Of a DNA stretch of 37,519 nt, positions 1 to 13,084 are shown piece after piece (position 1 is the first letter of the stretch; the number at the start of each line of letters is the position of its first letter). The notes beneath the pieces were generated by a model. The model did no database searches, had not been told where the DNA came from, and was given only the letters and a program-made list of their open reading frames with translations. Position numbers and translations under genes: made by a program. The DNA is from Octopus bimaculoides (lineage: Eukaryota). The stretch lies in assembly GCF_001194135.2 (NCBI RefSeq), contig NC_068998.1:12106510-12144028 (forward strand), read 5' to 3'.

Positions 1-215
1 CATATGTATGCCCCCCGCACGCACACACATACACACGCTGTATAGCATTTCTTTTAGTAAAGAAGCAGCTGTATTACTAATACTTCATAGGTTAAAGTTT
101 GAAACTTACTGGCGCAACAGAGTTCAGTTTTTTACATTTTGGTAAGGAAATTCTAAAACTGTTTTTGTCTGCCGTTTGCCCTGAATTGTTAGGATGAAAT
201 ATACCTAAAGTACAG

Positions 216-246
<31 letters not shown>

Positions 247-453
247 AAATTGATGATCTTTTCCTAATTAGCATAAATGAATGGAATGTTTGTAGTTCTT
301 TACAAAACTCTAGTATTATGAGAGTAAAATTATGAATGAGAAAACAAATAATGACTGGCCTCAGCCACAACTAACTTGCAGCCAAAGAAACAGCCCTTGG
401 TCACTCTCAGCCACTTGATCACTTTCAGGTGAAGTGCAAAAGTATGGAATGCT

Positions 454-454
<1 letters not shown>

Positions 455-513
<59 letters not shown>

Positions 514-562
514 TAGATAGACAAGCAAACAGATCGATATATAGACAGATAGACAGACAGAT
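455..562. repeat. (GATA)n/(GACA)n compound tetranucleotide microsatellite
   Basis: Directly visible. Confidence 0.95.
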
Positions 563-569
563 ACAACAG

Positions 570-690
570 GTCTTTTTTCAGTTTCCATCTGCCAAATCTA
601 CTCATAAGGCTTTGGTTCACCCATGACTATAGTAGGACCCTAGAACCATGTGGTGGGGAATCAAACTTCTTACCACACAGCCACACCTTT
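570..690 (-). mobile_element. SINE family A, partial 5' part
   Basis: ttcttaccacacagcc head plus tttcagtttccatctgccaaatc segment. Confidence 0.65.
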
Positions 691-819
691 ACTTTTTTTT
701 TCATTTTTTGCTGGTTCCAGTCACTGAACTGCAGCCATGTTAGAATACCTAAAAAATGATAAAGGACAAAAATCTGCCTGTGTCGACCTGAAGAAGCTTT
801 CTCTACATTGACGTCGTTC

Positions 820-1110
820 ATCATCGTTTAACGTCCGCTTTCCATGCTAGCATGGGTTGGACGATTTGACTGAGGACTGGTGAAACCGGATGGCAACACC
901 AGGCTCCAATTTGATTTGGCAGAGTTTCTACAGCTGGATGCCCTTCCTAACGCCAACCACTCAGAGAGTGTAGTGGGTGCTTTTACGTGTCACCTGCACG
1001 AAGGCCAGTCAGGCGGTACTGGCAACGGCCATGCTCAAAGTGGTGTATTTTATGTGCCACCCGCACAAGAGCCAGTCCAGGGGCACTGGCAACGATCTCG
1101 CTTGAAAGGC
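820..1110 (-). mobile_element. RTE-tail SINE/LINE 3' end with (GAT)n-type tail
   Basis: catcatcgtttaacgtccgctttccatgctagcatgggttggacg...ggatgcccttcctaacgccaacc; a near-identical core recurs at 7363-7560. Confidence 0.7.
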
Positions 1111-1951
1111 AATGATCTCGCTCGGACGTAAAGGAACAAAATCAAATACCACAAAATATTTCGTCTGATGCTCTACTGGCTCTGTCATCCATCACCCTCA
1201 GTTGATAGAAGTATGATAACTATAAGCACTATAAGCACAGAGGTTTATATACATACCTTTTTCATTTTGAATCATTTGAGAAATCCCAACTTGTTCATAC
1301 ACTGCACGGCATGTTTGACTCAGAGCAAGGGTTGAACTAAAATTAAAAGGGTTATAATAGAAGACAACTGCCATGTAGTTCGAAAGTGTACTTCTTCACC
1401 ACACAGCCATATTTGCAACTACAAATTTCAAATTTGTAAAAATATAAAGTTTTTAATAAACTGAAATCAGAGTAGGAAAAAAGTCTGAAGTTTAAATTCA
1501 AACTAAAATTGAAATTCGGAAAAAAAAATGTTTTAAATTGATAAATAAAATTATCTGCTTGAATGCAGATTTCAGGATTTTTTTTTATATCTTAACCAAA
1601 TTTATAGAAGTTTACATTTCAATTTCAGATTCTAAATTTTGTTTTTAGTTTCTTTCCATTTTCCTAATTTTAGTTTATGTAAACATCTCACTTTTATCCA
1701 TTTAATATTTCTCAAAAAAAAATTTGATAAAAAAACTCAAACAAGAATTTCCATCTTTATTTTGAAGTTTAAATTGATAAGTCAACAAGTAAAAATCAAA
1801 ACTTCCATTAATTTTATAGTTTCCATTAAAATCAACACCAAAATTTCACTTTTTATCATTAAAACTAGTGATAGATCTTCATGATGGTTAGTTTCAGTAT
1901 AATACTTGACAAGGCGTTATATTGCATTTGCTAATCCAACTTTCACTTCAG

Positions 1952-2200
1952 ACCACATCAATCACATCCCTGCCCTTTGTACACACCACCCGTCGCTACT
2001 ACCGATCAAACAGTCCAGTGCAGTCCTCGGATCTGGCCAACCAGTCCGCTTACGCGCAGTGGTGTTCCGCGCCGTCATCAGCGCGTTCTCTGATGTCCCA
2101 GAGAAGACGACCGAACCTGATCACTTAGAGGAAGTAAAAGTCATAAGAAGCATATGACTACTGGCAGAATCCACCAGCATACAAAATAAAGATAAATAAA
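1952..2200 (+). other. Candidate terminal coding exon of an unidentified gene
   Basis: GC/CpG-rich island. Branch-like CTAAT 1931-1935 and ctttcacttcag acceptor; open frames to TAG 2126-2128 (phase 0) or TGA 2155-2157 (phase 1); AATAAA at 2185 and 2195. No protein family recognised. Confidence 0.4.
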
Positions 2201-2267
2201 ATATCTATGAAACACCTATGTAAATCTCTGCTGTCTCCCTTTGATTTCTCACCTGTCATTTTTATCC

Positions 2268-2690
2268 TTAACTCTTTAGCATTCAGATTCCTCTGCCAAA
2301 TGTAATGCTTATTTATTTACATTGTTTTGAATTAATTATGTATTATCTCATAGCTTCAAGATTTTGATGATGTCATCTGTGAAAAATGATACATTGGACA
2401 ATTTAATACCCAAAAGACAGGATCAACAAAACTTATTACCTTTGATCATAGACCTGCTCGATGAGGGCTGACCTAAGGTTAACCCTTTTGTTGCCATATT
2501 TCTGTTGAGATGCTCTGTGCTTCTTTCAATTAATTTTAAATATAACAAAGTTTTTAGGAATCATTAAGTTTATCATTTTTTAATATTCATTAAGTTATCA
2601 TTAAGCTAGTGTTAGGAACATAAATTGTGACTACGGTTTGGTAGAAGATTTTAATTCAGAACATTTGAAAACAAGACATTTGTACTACAG
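2268..2690. mobile_element. Non-autonomous DNA-element family beginning TTAA-C(C/T)CTTTAGCATTCAGA (piggyBac-like end); other copies at about 9641-9780 and 11141-11300
   Basis: Three similar copies of ttaaccctttagcattcagat...aaatgtaatgctta...tagctttgagattt in the window; TTAA-CCC start. Confidence 0.6.
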
Positions 2691-3411
2691 AGCATGGGAA
2701 ACAGACATTAAATGATGATGGTGATGATGATGAACTTTACCCTTGTAGACAATGAAAGTGTATCTGCTGTAAAGTCAACAATATGGATATCACATGATCA
2801 GGATTTCCATGACAAACAAAAATGTTTTTTATATAAGAATAAATACCGTAGATGTAAATTAATGGCAAAGTAAAAGTGGTGACAATAATAAAATACATAC
2901 TGTATGCCCTTTACTGCATCGCCAAATCTTTTTTGTTGTTTCCAAAATGCAACTGTTGAATGACCTGCAGAATAATAACAATTATTATACAACGAAACTG
3001 TAAGATTGATTCCTTAGTCATTCTATGTTATTTTAAGTTTACCAACTTCATCATTTTGTTACATTTCATAAACCAATGTTTCTTACAACAGTTATCCTCC
3101 AAGAATAACTCAGACTAGTACAAGAAACCATCCAAATTGACCTAACACACTCTTTTCTTCCATCACTGAAGCAATTTTTCTTCTATAGAAATTTAATATC
3201 TTTCTTGAAAAGATGACAAGTTCATATTCTTAAAACACCCAGATCATAGGCTTCACATCTGTCATTTGCACTGAATAATTCAATCAGGGAACAAAATATA
3301 TTATACTTTTTGCTGCAGTTCATTTGTTTGAAAAATAAATACCTCTCTGGCTACCCACCCCCCACCTCCCCAAAAAACCCCACCCTAAATTCCTATAGAT
3401 ATCTTTTACCA

Positions 3412-3800
3412 TTTATCTTTCACTTGTTTCAGTCATTAGACGCTGACAATGCTGGGGCATCGTCTTGAAGAGTTTCTTAGTGGAACAAATCAACCCCAGT
3501 ATTTATTTCTTAAAGTCTGGTACTTATTCTAACAACCTATTTTGCCAAACCGCTGAGTTACAGGGACATACACAAACCAATTCCAGTTGTTAAATGGTGG
3601 TGGGGGATAAACATAGACATAAACACACACACACACACACACACACAACAGGCCTCTTCAGTTTCTGTCTACCAAATTCACTCACAAAGTTTTGGACAGT
3701 CCACTGCTATAGTAGAAGATACTTGCCCAAGGTGCCGTGCAGTGGGACTGAACTCAGATAGGTTTGTGTGATAAGAAGCAAATTTCATATCACACAAACC
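3412..3800 (-). mobile_element. SINE family A (tRNA-like head, CCTTGGGCAAGT core, internal (CA)n, TGAAACAAGT tail)
   Basis: Reverse complement matches the copies at 19436-19740 and 36525-36900. Confidence 0.85.
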
Positions 3801-4617
3801 TTTCCAACACAAATGTGAACAAAAATAGAAGTAACTTCAGAATATAGATTCTTCTCGGTGGTATTCATTACATTGGTTCTTCGACTTAAGGATAACAACC
3901 AGGAAACTAGTTATCATTTATAATTTATGGTAAAAAGAACTAATTCTTCGTTTATTCACTCCAAAAGATATATAAAGTTAAAAATTCTCTGCAACATTCA
4001 TGAAATAAAGCAACAGAAAATATTTTCTAAACCATAATGCAAGATATGTAAGAAAACAATGGAATTTTCATTTAAATATAATATTACTTACATTCTAATG
4101 AATCTGTTTCCAAGGCTTTCCTGTTATTAAAACTATTTCCTCGATTCATTACTAAATCAACTGGGTCTCTTTGAATTTGTTCTAGGAAAAAGAGCATTTC
4201 AACAAATACAGAACCATAAAACAACTTCTGACAAAAACATTTAGCTACACCTTGCTCACTATCTAAACAGGATATGTAATCAATACTTATAAAATAAACA
4301 CTGCCTGTCTGTTTGGAGAACTAATCATTTAACATTCTCTTCCTTTGTCTTATGAGTGAAGTAGGAGTCAGAGAAATAAAATCTAATTATCGTATTTCAA
4401 TAAGATATAGGGAAGTTCTTTTTCTTTTCTTTTTTTTTTTATTGAAGTTGATATGTCTTGTTTCCTCAAGACTCACTTTCTAAACTCCATACTTAATACC
4501 GTCTCCCAATCCTATTTGCCATAAAACTGCATTTAGTACCAGTTACCTCTCCTATCAAATGTCTGCTTTCCAACCACTAACCTGCACTTGAACAGCAACA
4601 ACAATGTAACCGCCTTA

Positions 4618-4801
4618 CCATGTTTGATGGCATAAAAGACGGACAGGAGTACCAATCGCACCCCAATTTCAGCAGTGCATATTCAGGGAAAACGTTTTTA
4701 GGGCATTAAAGCATATGGAAGTTCCAACTTCGAATATAGGACCCCGGGTGATTTCTTGGAAAAATTTGTTTCAAATGCTTCTTGTATACCATCAAATATA
4801 G
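4618..4801. mobile_element. Tc1/pogo(Tigger)-type MITE
   Basis: About 24-bp imperfect TIRs (ccatgtttgatggcataaaagacg vs reverse complement of the right end, ctatatttgatggtatacaagaag); TA on the left flank. Confidence 0.65.
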
Positions 4802-5037
4802 TTGTTATTCAGTGGTGTACAGAAGATTTTGGGTGCACTTTTCTGTCTGCCCACCTGCATGTCCCCCACACTATGCCACTACATTTAATGGGCCAACCCT
4901 AGGTATGCTTACACAGGTTCTCTGTACAGTTCCTTTTTTTATCCAACTAATAAACAAACTTCAAAGATCTTGTAGCTGTTGAAAAGCTTCAAACAATACA
5001 GCTTGAGCAAATACATATATATATATATATATATATA

Positions 5038-5686
5038 NNNNNNNNNNNNNNNNNNNNNNNNNNNNNNNNNNNNNNNNNNNNNNNNNNNNNNNNNNNNNNN
5101 NNNNNNNNNNNNNNNNNNNNNNNNNNNNNNNNNNNNNNNNNNNNNNNNNNNNNNNNNNNNNNNNNNNNNNNNNNNNNNNNNNNNNNNNNNNNNNNNNNNN
5201 NNNNNNNNNNNNNNNNNNNNNNNNNNNNNNNNNNNNNNNNNNNNNNNNNNNNNNNNNNNNNNNNNNNNNNNNNNNNNNNNNNNNNNNNNNNNNNNNNNNN
5301 NNNNNNNNNNNNNNNNNNNNNNNNNNNNNNNNNNNNNNNNNNNNNNNNNNNNNNNNNNNNNNNNNNNNNNNNNNNNNNNNNNNNNNNNNNNNNNNNNNNN
5401 NNNNNNNNNNNNNNNNNNNNNNNNNNNNNNNNNNNNNNNNNNNNNNNNNNNNNNNNNNNNNNNNNNNNNNNNNNNNNNNNNNNNNNNNNNNNNNNNNNNN
5501 NNNNNNNNNNNNNNNNNNNNNNNNNNNNNNNNNNNNNNNNNNNNNNNNNNNNNNNNNNNNNNNNNNNNNNNNNNNNNNNNNNNNNNNNNNNNNNNNNNNN
5601 NNNNNNNNNNNNNNNNNNNNNNNNNNNNNNNNNNNNNNNNNNNNNNNNNNNNNNNNNNNNNNNNNNNNNNNNNNNNNNNNNNNNNA
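5038..5686. other. Assembly gap (others: 6656-6999, 8780-9161, 11424-12152, 24445-24573, 26273-26523, 28321-28400, 32185-32634)
   Basis: N runs, most flanked by (TA)n, (TG)n or (TC)n. Confidence 1.
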
Positions 5687-5734
5687 TTTTGATTAAAAAA
5701 CATATATAAAATCAAATTGCTTATAAAAAGTATT

Positions 5735-5810
5735 TGCTGTCCACGGACCCCCTGTCTTGTCCTTGCGAACCCCCTGTGGTCCGCGGACCACAGTTTGAAA
5801 ACCCCTGCTT
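5735..5810 (-). mobile_element. hAT/Charlie-like terminus
   Basis: Reverse complement reads CAGGGGTTTTCAAACTGTGGTCCGCGGACC, a typical hAT-Charlie end. Confidence 0.6.
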
Positions 5811-6519
5811 TAACAGATGTTGTGACAGACAGACAGATAGAGATCCGCTTCTTCTTTTACAATATAAGATTGTAAAAACACAAAAAAATTACATTTCCTT
5901 CTAATTAAACAGTATACAGAGAGACCAGAAATATGCAGCATTATCAGTAAGTTCCAGTAATAGGTCGTGGAGGTTAACATGTTAAATGATGATGATGAAG
6001 ATGACGTAGATCACTGATGTTTGCAAAAAACTTACGGCTGATATAAAGTTGCTGCTGCCTTTGATCTGCATTTCTTTGGAACCAGTTACATAGTGCTTGG
6101 GAATCGGCCATTGGTTGTTGCAATGATCTAGTGCTGTCAAGAGATGACAAATCTGGGCTGCTTATAACATCTTCACATTTGGGGACAGGAAAATTCTGGA
6201 ATTCAAAAAAGTAGGTGAATTTATTTAAACATTGAATTCCTTATCTTTATCCAAATAGTCTTGAATACGAACCTTGATGTAGCCAATGTGTTATGCTTTT
6301 CATACAAAAAGTGGATGAGTTAATTCCCCATAGAAATGGTCAGAATTATTTGCTATTTATAGCTGTACAGAATTTTATGTCAGTAAATTTTTATTTCATC
6401 CAAACAGAACAAAACTATCTCAGAGATTTAATTGCAGAATAATTTTTACACTGCAAAACAAAGATGCATCACATGGCAGTACAATTTCACCCGACTATGT
6501 TGGTTGGCAGACTGATGCC

Positions 6520-6615
6520 TGAGGGTCACATCAAGTGGCTTCTAACAGTGGAAGCCTGAACTACAATGGGTTTGTTGCACAGAAAACGTTTCCAGTTACT
6601 TTTGGGTGCCCCCTC

Positions 6616-6618
<3 letters not shown>
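6520..6618 (-). mobile_element. Mariner-like terminal fragment inserted at TA
   Basis: Reverse complement TA-CGAGGGGGCACCCAAAAGTAACTGGAA abutting a (TA)n tract. Confidence 0.55.
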
Positions 6619-6655
<37 letters not shown>

Positions 6656-7031
6656 NNNNNNNNNNNNNNNNNNNNNNNNNNNNNNNNNNNNNNNNNNNNN
6701 NNNNNNNNNNNNNNNNNNNNNNNNNNNNNNNNNNNNNNNNNNNNNNNNNNNNNNNNNNNNNNNNNNNNNNNNNNNNNNNNNNNNNNNNNNNNNNNNNNNN
6801 NNNNNNNNNNNNNNNNNNNNNNNNNNNNNNNNNNNNNNNNNNNNNNNNNNNNNNNNNNNNNNNNNNNNNNNNNNNNNNNNNNNNNNNNNNNNNNNNNNNN
6901 NNNNNNNNNNNNNNNNNNNNNNNNNNNNNNNNNNNNNNNNNNNNNNNNNNNNNNNNNNNNNNNNNNNNNNNNNNNNNNNNNNNNNNNNNNNNNNNNNNNT
7001 ATATATATGTGTGTGTGTGTGTATATATATA

Positions 7032-7071
<40 letters not shown>

Positions 7072-7362
7072 CATACATATATGCATATATACATTTTTTT
7101 TTCTATTTTTATATATATATATCAAACAGGTAGATTATATAATTTTACAAAATTTTAATAAACGAATAAATAATTATTGTATTTATAATATTAATAAGGT
7201 TCTTACATTTTTAATAGCTATGGTACAGAAATCTTCATAAGTTCCAGCTATAGAGTGTGGTATTAACCGGCCAATATCATCAAACTCTGGACCTGAAACA
7301 ATGAAACAAATTGATATCAACTTAGATATGGGCAATCAAGCAGCACCTGACACTTAACTGTA

Positions 7363-7560
7363 TCATCATCATCATCATCATCATCATTGTTTAACATCCG
7401 TTTTTCCATGCTGACATGGGTTGGATGGTTTGATAAGCCAGCAAGAGAACCGTCCAGGCACTAATTGTCTCTTTTGGCATGGTTCCTATGGCTGGATGCC
7501 CTTCCTAATGCCAACCACTTTATAGAGTGTGCTGGGTGCTTTACATGGCACTAGCAGTGG
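7363..7560 (-). mobile_element. Second copy of the RTE-tail SINE with (CAT)n tail
   Basis: (cat)n followed by tttaacatccgtttttccatgctgacatgggttgg...ggatgcccttcctaatgccaacc, matching 820-1110. Confidence 0.7.
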
Positions 7561-7582
7561 ATGAAAATAAATACATTGACAG

Positions 7583-7628
7583 CTATGGACACATTGACAG
7601 CTATGGACACATTGACAGAATATGGAAT
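7583..7628. repeat. 18-bp tandem duplication (acattgacagctatggac, about 2.5 units)
   Basis: Directly visible at the start of the RTE endonuclease remnant. Confidence 0.8.
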
Positions 7629-8330
7629 GCATGCATTCTCTTGCATGAAGATGAAGCAATGAGACCTCAAGAGAACAACCCTTATAGCAAGAAAATTGGC
7701 TCACTGCAGAATTGACATTGCTGTTCTTGATGAGTCATGACTTTTCAATGACAAGTTGATATATGAACTGGAAGAAGGTGACATATTGTTTTGGAAGAGG
7801 GATGACAAAGACTAGAATATTCAGGATATGACACATGACTTGGATTTATCATTTAGAATAGCCTACTTCAAAAGCTGCCTGATATCTCTGTTAGCATAAA
7901 TGAGTGCTTGATGAATCTTCGATTCCCTACCTCTTCCATTTAGCACACTACCATTATCAGTGTCTGTGTTCCAACCCTCACCAACTCTGAGTTTTGAAAA
8001 AAGGGTTCTCTGAGTACCTTGACTCTATTGTGAATTCTACCCTTGCAAATGATAAGTTTATGGTATTTGGCAATTTCATTGCAAGAGAGGGAAGTAACTA
8101 CAAGGGCTGGGAAGGTGTGATGTGTACACACAGGAAGAAGGCCATGCGTGCAACTTGACCATCACCAACATGCTCTTCCAGATGACCAACAAATACAATG
8201 CAACATGAATGCATCCCAGATCTAAGGAGTCACATCTCACAAAATCTGTTAGCATTTGTAGTCAAGATGTTTATGACGTTTGGATTACCTTTGTATGTTC
8301 CCTCGTATAGTGATTGGTGCTTCTGTTCTT
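7600..8330 (+). mobile_element. Decayed RTE-clade LINE, APE endonuclease region
   Basis: Frameshifted remnants WNACILL..RP, TIISVCVPTLTNS, DKFMVFGNFIAR, LTITNMLFQ and (W)MHPRSK follow the RTE/BovB endonuclease motif order. Confidence 0.7.
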
Positions 8331-8487
8331 AACTGCTTAACTAGTGACTGCAATGAACCTATTGTTTGCTATTCAGGACAGTCGTTATAGGCAGGCAAAA
8401 ATGAATAAGAGTTTGAAATATAAGAGCTAGATGAAATTAGATCTAATCAACAAATGAGCCCCAACAATACTCCCAAACCACTAACAA

Positions 8488-8670
8488 CTCCTACTCCAGT
8501 GGCATAGCTAGAGCATATTTCATCCGGGGCAGCCCTCCAGTTTGCCATTCCCATCTCTCATGGGCTCCAAAGCCTAAACAAGACTACACAGCAGATCTAA
8601 AAGTGTCATCTTTATAAAAGCATTGCCTAGAGCAGACTGCCTTCACCCCCCCCCTCTAGTTACGCTTGAG
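8488..8670. mobile_element. hAT-type MITE related to 24168-24361
   Basis: cagtggcatagctagag...cggggcagccc...cccccctctagttacgc. Confidence 0.5.
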
Positions 8671-9161
8671 CCCTAGAAGCACACCGTCAATACACCCTGA
8701 ACGCCATCCCTCCATTTATGTGTTGAGTCACTAAAAATGAATGACATTATTATTATTATTGTTGTTGTGATCATCCTCCNNNNNNNNNNNNNNNNNNNNN
8801 NNNNNNNNNNNNNNNNNNNNNNNNNNNNNNNNNNNNNNNNNNNNNNNNNNNNNNNNNNNNNNNNNNNNNNNNNNNNNNNNNNNNNNNNNNNNNNNNNNNN
8901 NNNNNNNNNNNNNNNNNNNNNNNNNNNNNNNNNNNNNNNNNNNNNNNNNNNNNNNNNNNNNNNNNNNNNNNNNNNNNNNNNNNNNNNNNNNNNNNNNNNN
9001 NNNNNNNNNNNNNNNNNNNNNNNNNNNNNNNNNNNNNNNNNNNNNNNNNNNNNNNNNNNNNNNNNNNNNNNNNNNNNNNNNNNNNNNNNNNNNNNNNNNN
9101 NNNNNNNNNNNNNNNNNNNNNNNNNNNNNNNNNNNNNNNNNNNNNNNNNNNNNNNNNNNNN

Positions 9162-9385
9162 TGTATGTGTGTTTGTGTGTCTGTGTTTGTCCCCCCACCA
9201 TCGCTTGATAACCGATGCTGGTGTGTTTACATCCCCGTAACTTAGCGGTTCGGCAAAAAGAGACCGATAGAATAAGTACTAGGCTTACAAAGAACAAGTC
9301 CTGAGGTCGATTTTCTTGACTAAAGGCGGTGCTCCAGCATGGCCGCAGTCAAATGACTGAAACAAGTAAAAGAGTAAAAGAGATA
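9162..9385 (+). mobile_element. SINE family A, 3' half
   Basis: gtttgtccccccaccatcgcttgataacc...aaggcggtgctccagcatggccgcagtcaaatgactgaaacaagtaaaagag. Confidence 0.85.
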
Positions 9386-10406
9386 TATATATATATATAT
9401 ACAGATATATATATATAAGGCAGTAGCTATGAATACATGAGGATTTTCACTAAGAACAAAGTTCCATTATCTGAAAAAATTATTTAAAAAATAACATACC
9501 ATGAATAAAGTTGTCAGACTTGATATGAGCATCTGGAGCGGCAATTTTAGTTACCACAGACCTAAAGTAATGAAACATCAAATAATTTATAAATTAAGAG
9601 GATATTTATGGAAAAGGAAAAAAAGAAATTATAAACTTATTTAACCCTTTAGCATTCAGATTTCTCTGTGAAATGTAATGCTTATTTTTTCACTTGGTTT
9701 GAACTGTTTTGAATTAGTCATGTAGCTTTGAGTCTTGTAGCTTTGAGATTTCAATGATGTGATGGCCCAGTAGAGTAACATAGGAACCAAAGGGGGTTCA
9801 TAGGAAAGCAAATAGTTAAGTACCACCATTCTAAAGCATAAATATTTTGAGTTCTAACAAATGTTTATTGACCATCACAATGCCTAAGTGAAATCCTAAA
9901 ATAAAAGCATTCCCATATTTGGTTTCATGCCACCAGTTTACAAGTTCAAAGATACTTAGCGGTAGTCAAATCAACTATATCCCTTGCCTATAGAAAGTCA
10001 CTGGGTACCATCACATTAACTAAATTCATACATCACTTAAAATGCAACATACTAATTAATATACTTCAAAGAAATTCTAATTGCTACTTCTAATGCAAAT
10101 ATCATTTATTTCAATACTAAGTGGTAAGCAGGGTTATTAATTAATGTAACTAATGTAGTATGAAATATGATTAAATATTTGCCTGATAACCAAATAGTTA
10201 TTATATAAAAAAAGAGGTTTGTTATTTTTATTTTTACTACAACTGCTAGTGTTCCAGCGATTTTCTAAGCTCTTAGTTTTCTGTCATGTGAAGCAAAAGC
10301 ACTCAAGTTATTATAGCTCAAACCTCATTTGAACCTGCAGAATTCAAAGTTGTTACATGCAATGAAAATCCGCTTATGAGACGTTCTAAACTTTGCTAGT
10401 ATCAAT

Positions 10407-11005
10407 CTTTCATTTAGGTAGTAAGATAACGTTCTCAGGCGGCACCGACGAAGATATTAAGATGAGAATAAGCAAGGCAAGGACCACTTTCCACCTGTTA
10501 AAAAAAGTATGGAGCGCAAGTGTAATTTCAATAAAGAACAAAATAAGAATTTTTAACACTAACGTAAAAACGGTGTTATTGTGTGGGGCTGAGACATGGA
10601 GAACAACAGTTAAGTCAAATAAGCAAATACAATCATTCATCAACAGGTGCTTGTGTAGTATACTTAAAATCAGATGGCCCGAGCGCATAAACAATATGGA
10701 GCTATGGCAAAGAACGAATCAAGTTTCGATTAGGGAGTAAATATTTAAGAAAAAGTGGAAGTGGATTGGAAACACAATTAGAAAGGACACACTAAATGTA
10801 GCGAAAAGTGCTTTACAGTGGAATACGGATGGATATAGAAAGAGGGGTAGGCCTAAGAACTCGTGGCGTTGATCAACACAAAAGGAACTAGAGAAAGGGG
10901 GACATTCATGGCAGAGTATAAGTACAGAAGCGAGAAATTATGCGACATGGAATTCAATTATAAGTGGCCTTTACTCCACATTGGAGGACTAAAGGCAAGA
11001 AGAGA
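10407..11005 (+). mobile_element. 5'-truncated RTE-clade LINE, C-terminal RT region and 3' end
   Basis: LGSKIT..GGTDEDIKMRISKARTTF, KIRIFNTNVKTVLLCGAETW, LKIRWPERINNMELW, KWKWIG, RKRGRPKNSWR; contains in-frame stops. Confidence 0.9.
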
Positions 11006-11389
11006 CATGCAATGAAACATTCATACAGCACTGACACTCTGTCGCTTATGATAAGTGTTTTGGTCAATCCAATCAGCAGAACAGCCCACTCACGAAATTA
11101 ACATGCAAGTGGCTGTGTACTCCACAGACACATGTACCTTTAACCCTTTAGCATTCAGATTACTCTGTCAAATATAAATATTTATCTATTCATATTGTTT
11201 GGAATTTATCATGCACTATCTTGTAGCTTAGAGATTTCAATGGTGTGATTGTTTAATTTTAGAATGACATTGTAGGGGTGAGGTGAAAGGTCAGATCTGG
11301 GTAGCAGAACCTTGGAAGTAGTAATTACCCAAACAAGGGGTACTCCGTTAGTACTAACTTCCTATACCTTTATTGTTGGATCTTACCTT

Positions 11390-11423
<34 letters not shown>

Positions 11424-12494
11424 NNNNNNNNNNNNNNNNNNNNNNNNNNNNNNNNNNNNNNNNNNNNNNNNNNNNNNNNNNNNNNNNNNNNNNNNNNNNN
11501 NNNNNNNNNNNNNNNNNNNNNNNNNNNNNNNNNNNNNNNNNNNNNNNNNNNNNNNNNNNNNNNNNNNNNNNNNNNNNNNNNNNNNNNNNNNNNNNNNNNN
11601 NNNNNNNNNNNNNNNNNNNNNNNNNNNNNNNNNNNNNNNNNNNNNNNNNNNNNNNNNNNNNNNNNNNNNNNNNNNNNNNNNNNNNNNNNNNNNNNNNNNN
11701 NNNNNNNNNNNNNNNNNNNNNNNNNNNNNNNNNNNNNNNNNNNNNNNNNNNNNNNNNNNNNNNNNNNNNNNNNNNNNNNNNNNNNNNNNNNNNNNNNNNN
11801 NNNNNNNNNNNNNNNNNNNNNNNNNNNNNNNNNNNNNNNNNNNNNNNNNNNNNNNNNNNNNNNNNNNNNNNNNNNNNNNNNNNNNNNNNNNNNNNNNNNN
11901 NNNNNNNNNNNNNNNNNNNNNNNNNNNNNNNNNNNNNNNNNNNNNNNNNNNNNNNNNNNNNNNNNNNNNNNNNNNNNNNNNNNNNNNNNNNNNNNNNNNN
12001 NNNNNNNNNNNNNNNNNNNNNNNNNNNNNNNNNNNNNNNNNNNNNNNNNNNNNNNNNNNNNNNNNNNNNNNNNNNNNNNNNNNNNNNNNNNNNNNNNNNN
12101 NNNNNNNNNNNNNNNNNNNNNNNNNNNNNNNNNNNNNNNNNNNNNNNNNNNNTGTGTGTGTGTGTGTACACAAAACATTCATCATTGATTAGGGCTCGTG
12201 AATGAAATAATTGAATACTTGCTGTTTTTGTTTTTTCTTCTTAACTTCCGCCAAGATTTTCTTCTTCACAAGAACTTGCCTAGATTTTACTGTTCTTACC
12301 GTCATGCTTGGTGGCTGGAGACAAATACATAGAAACTCAGATAAGTAGGCAGAAAAATCAGAAAACAAACAAAATAAAAAAAAGAAAAGAAAAGTAAAAC
12401 AGTCATCACTTCTTTTGAATAATAACCTTAGCAATAAAGAACAGAAATTTTAGTGAGCCAGATCTGAAGAATTATTATAAAAGAATGCAGGTGC

Positions 12495-12850
12495 AAGACT
12501 GGCTGTGTGGTAAAATGTTTGCTTCCCTGCCACATGGTTTTGGGCTCAGTTCCACTGCAGGGCACCTTGGGTGAATGTCTTTTCCTATAGCCCTAGGCCA
12601 ACTAAAGCCTTGTGATTGATCTGGTAAAGAGAAATTGAAAGAAGCCCTTCATGTTTGTGTGTGTGTGTGTGTGTGTGCGTGCGTGCGTGCATGTGCGTGC
12701 ACATGCGCAAATGTGTTTATGTGTGTGTGTGTGTGTATGTGTGTATTATGTGTGTGTGTGTGTATTATGTGTGTGTGTATGTGTGTATGTGTATATGTAT
12801 GTGTGTGTATGTATCTGTGTATGTATGTATGCATGCATGCATGCATGTAT
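12495..12850 (+). mobile_element. SINE family A 5' half followed by a long (TG)n/(TATG)n microsatellite
   Basis: ggctgtgtggtaaaatgtttgcttcc...ggcaccttggg...gaaagaagccc, then a TG repeat. Confidence 0.8.
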
Positions 12851-13084
12851 AACGTCAACACAGCAATTTGGCTCGGCTGAAAGAAACGAATAACAATAAA
12901 ACAGGACGAACGAAAGTTTCCTTTCAAAACAATAGAACCGAAGTTGTTGTACCTGTAAAATGACTTCAGAAAGTCCAGTAGTCATTGACTCAGTGTAGAT
13001 AGAAAAAAAATGAATTAAAATTAGACTAACATAAAATAAATATCCTCGACAATCAGAATGGTTTTATGTCTATATTAGTTGCTG

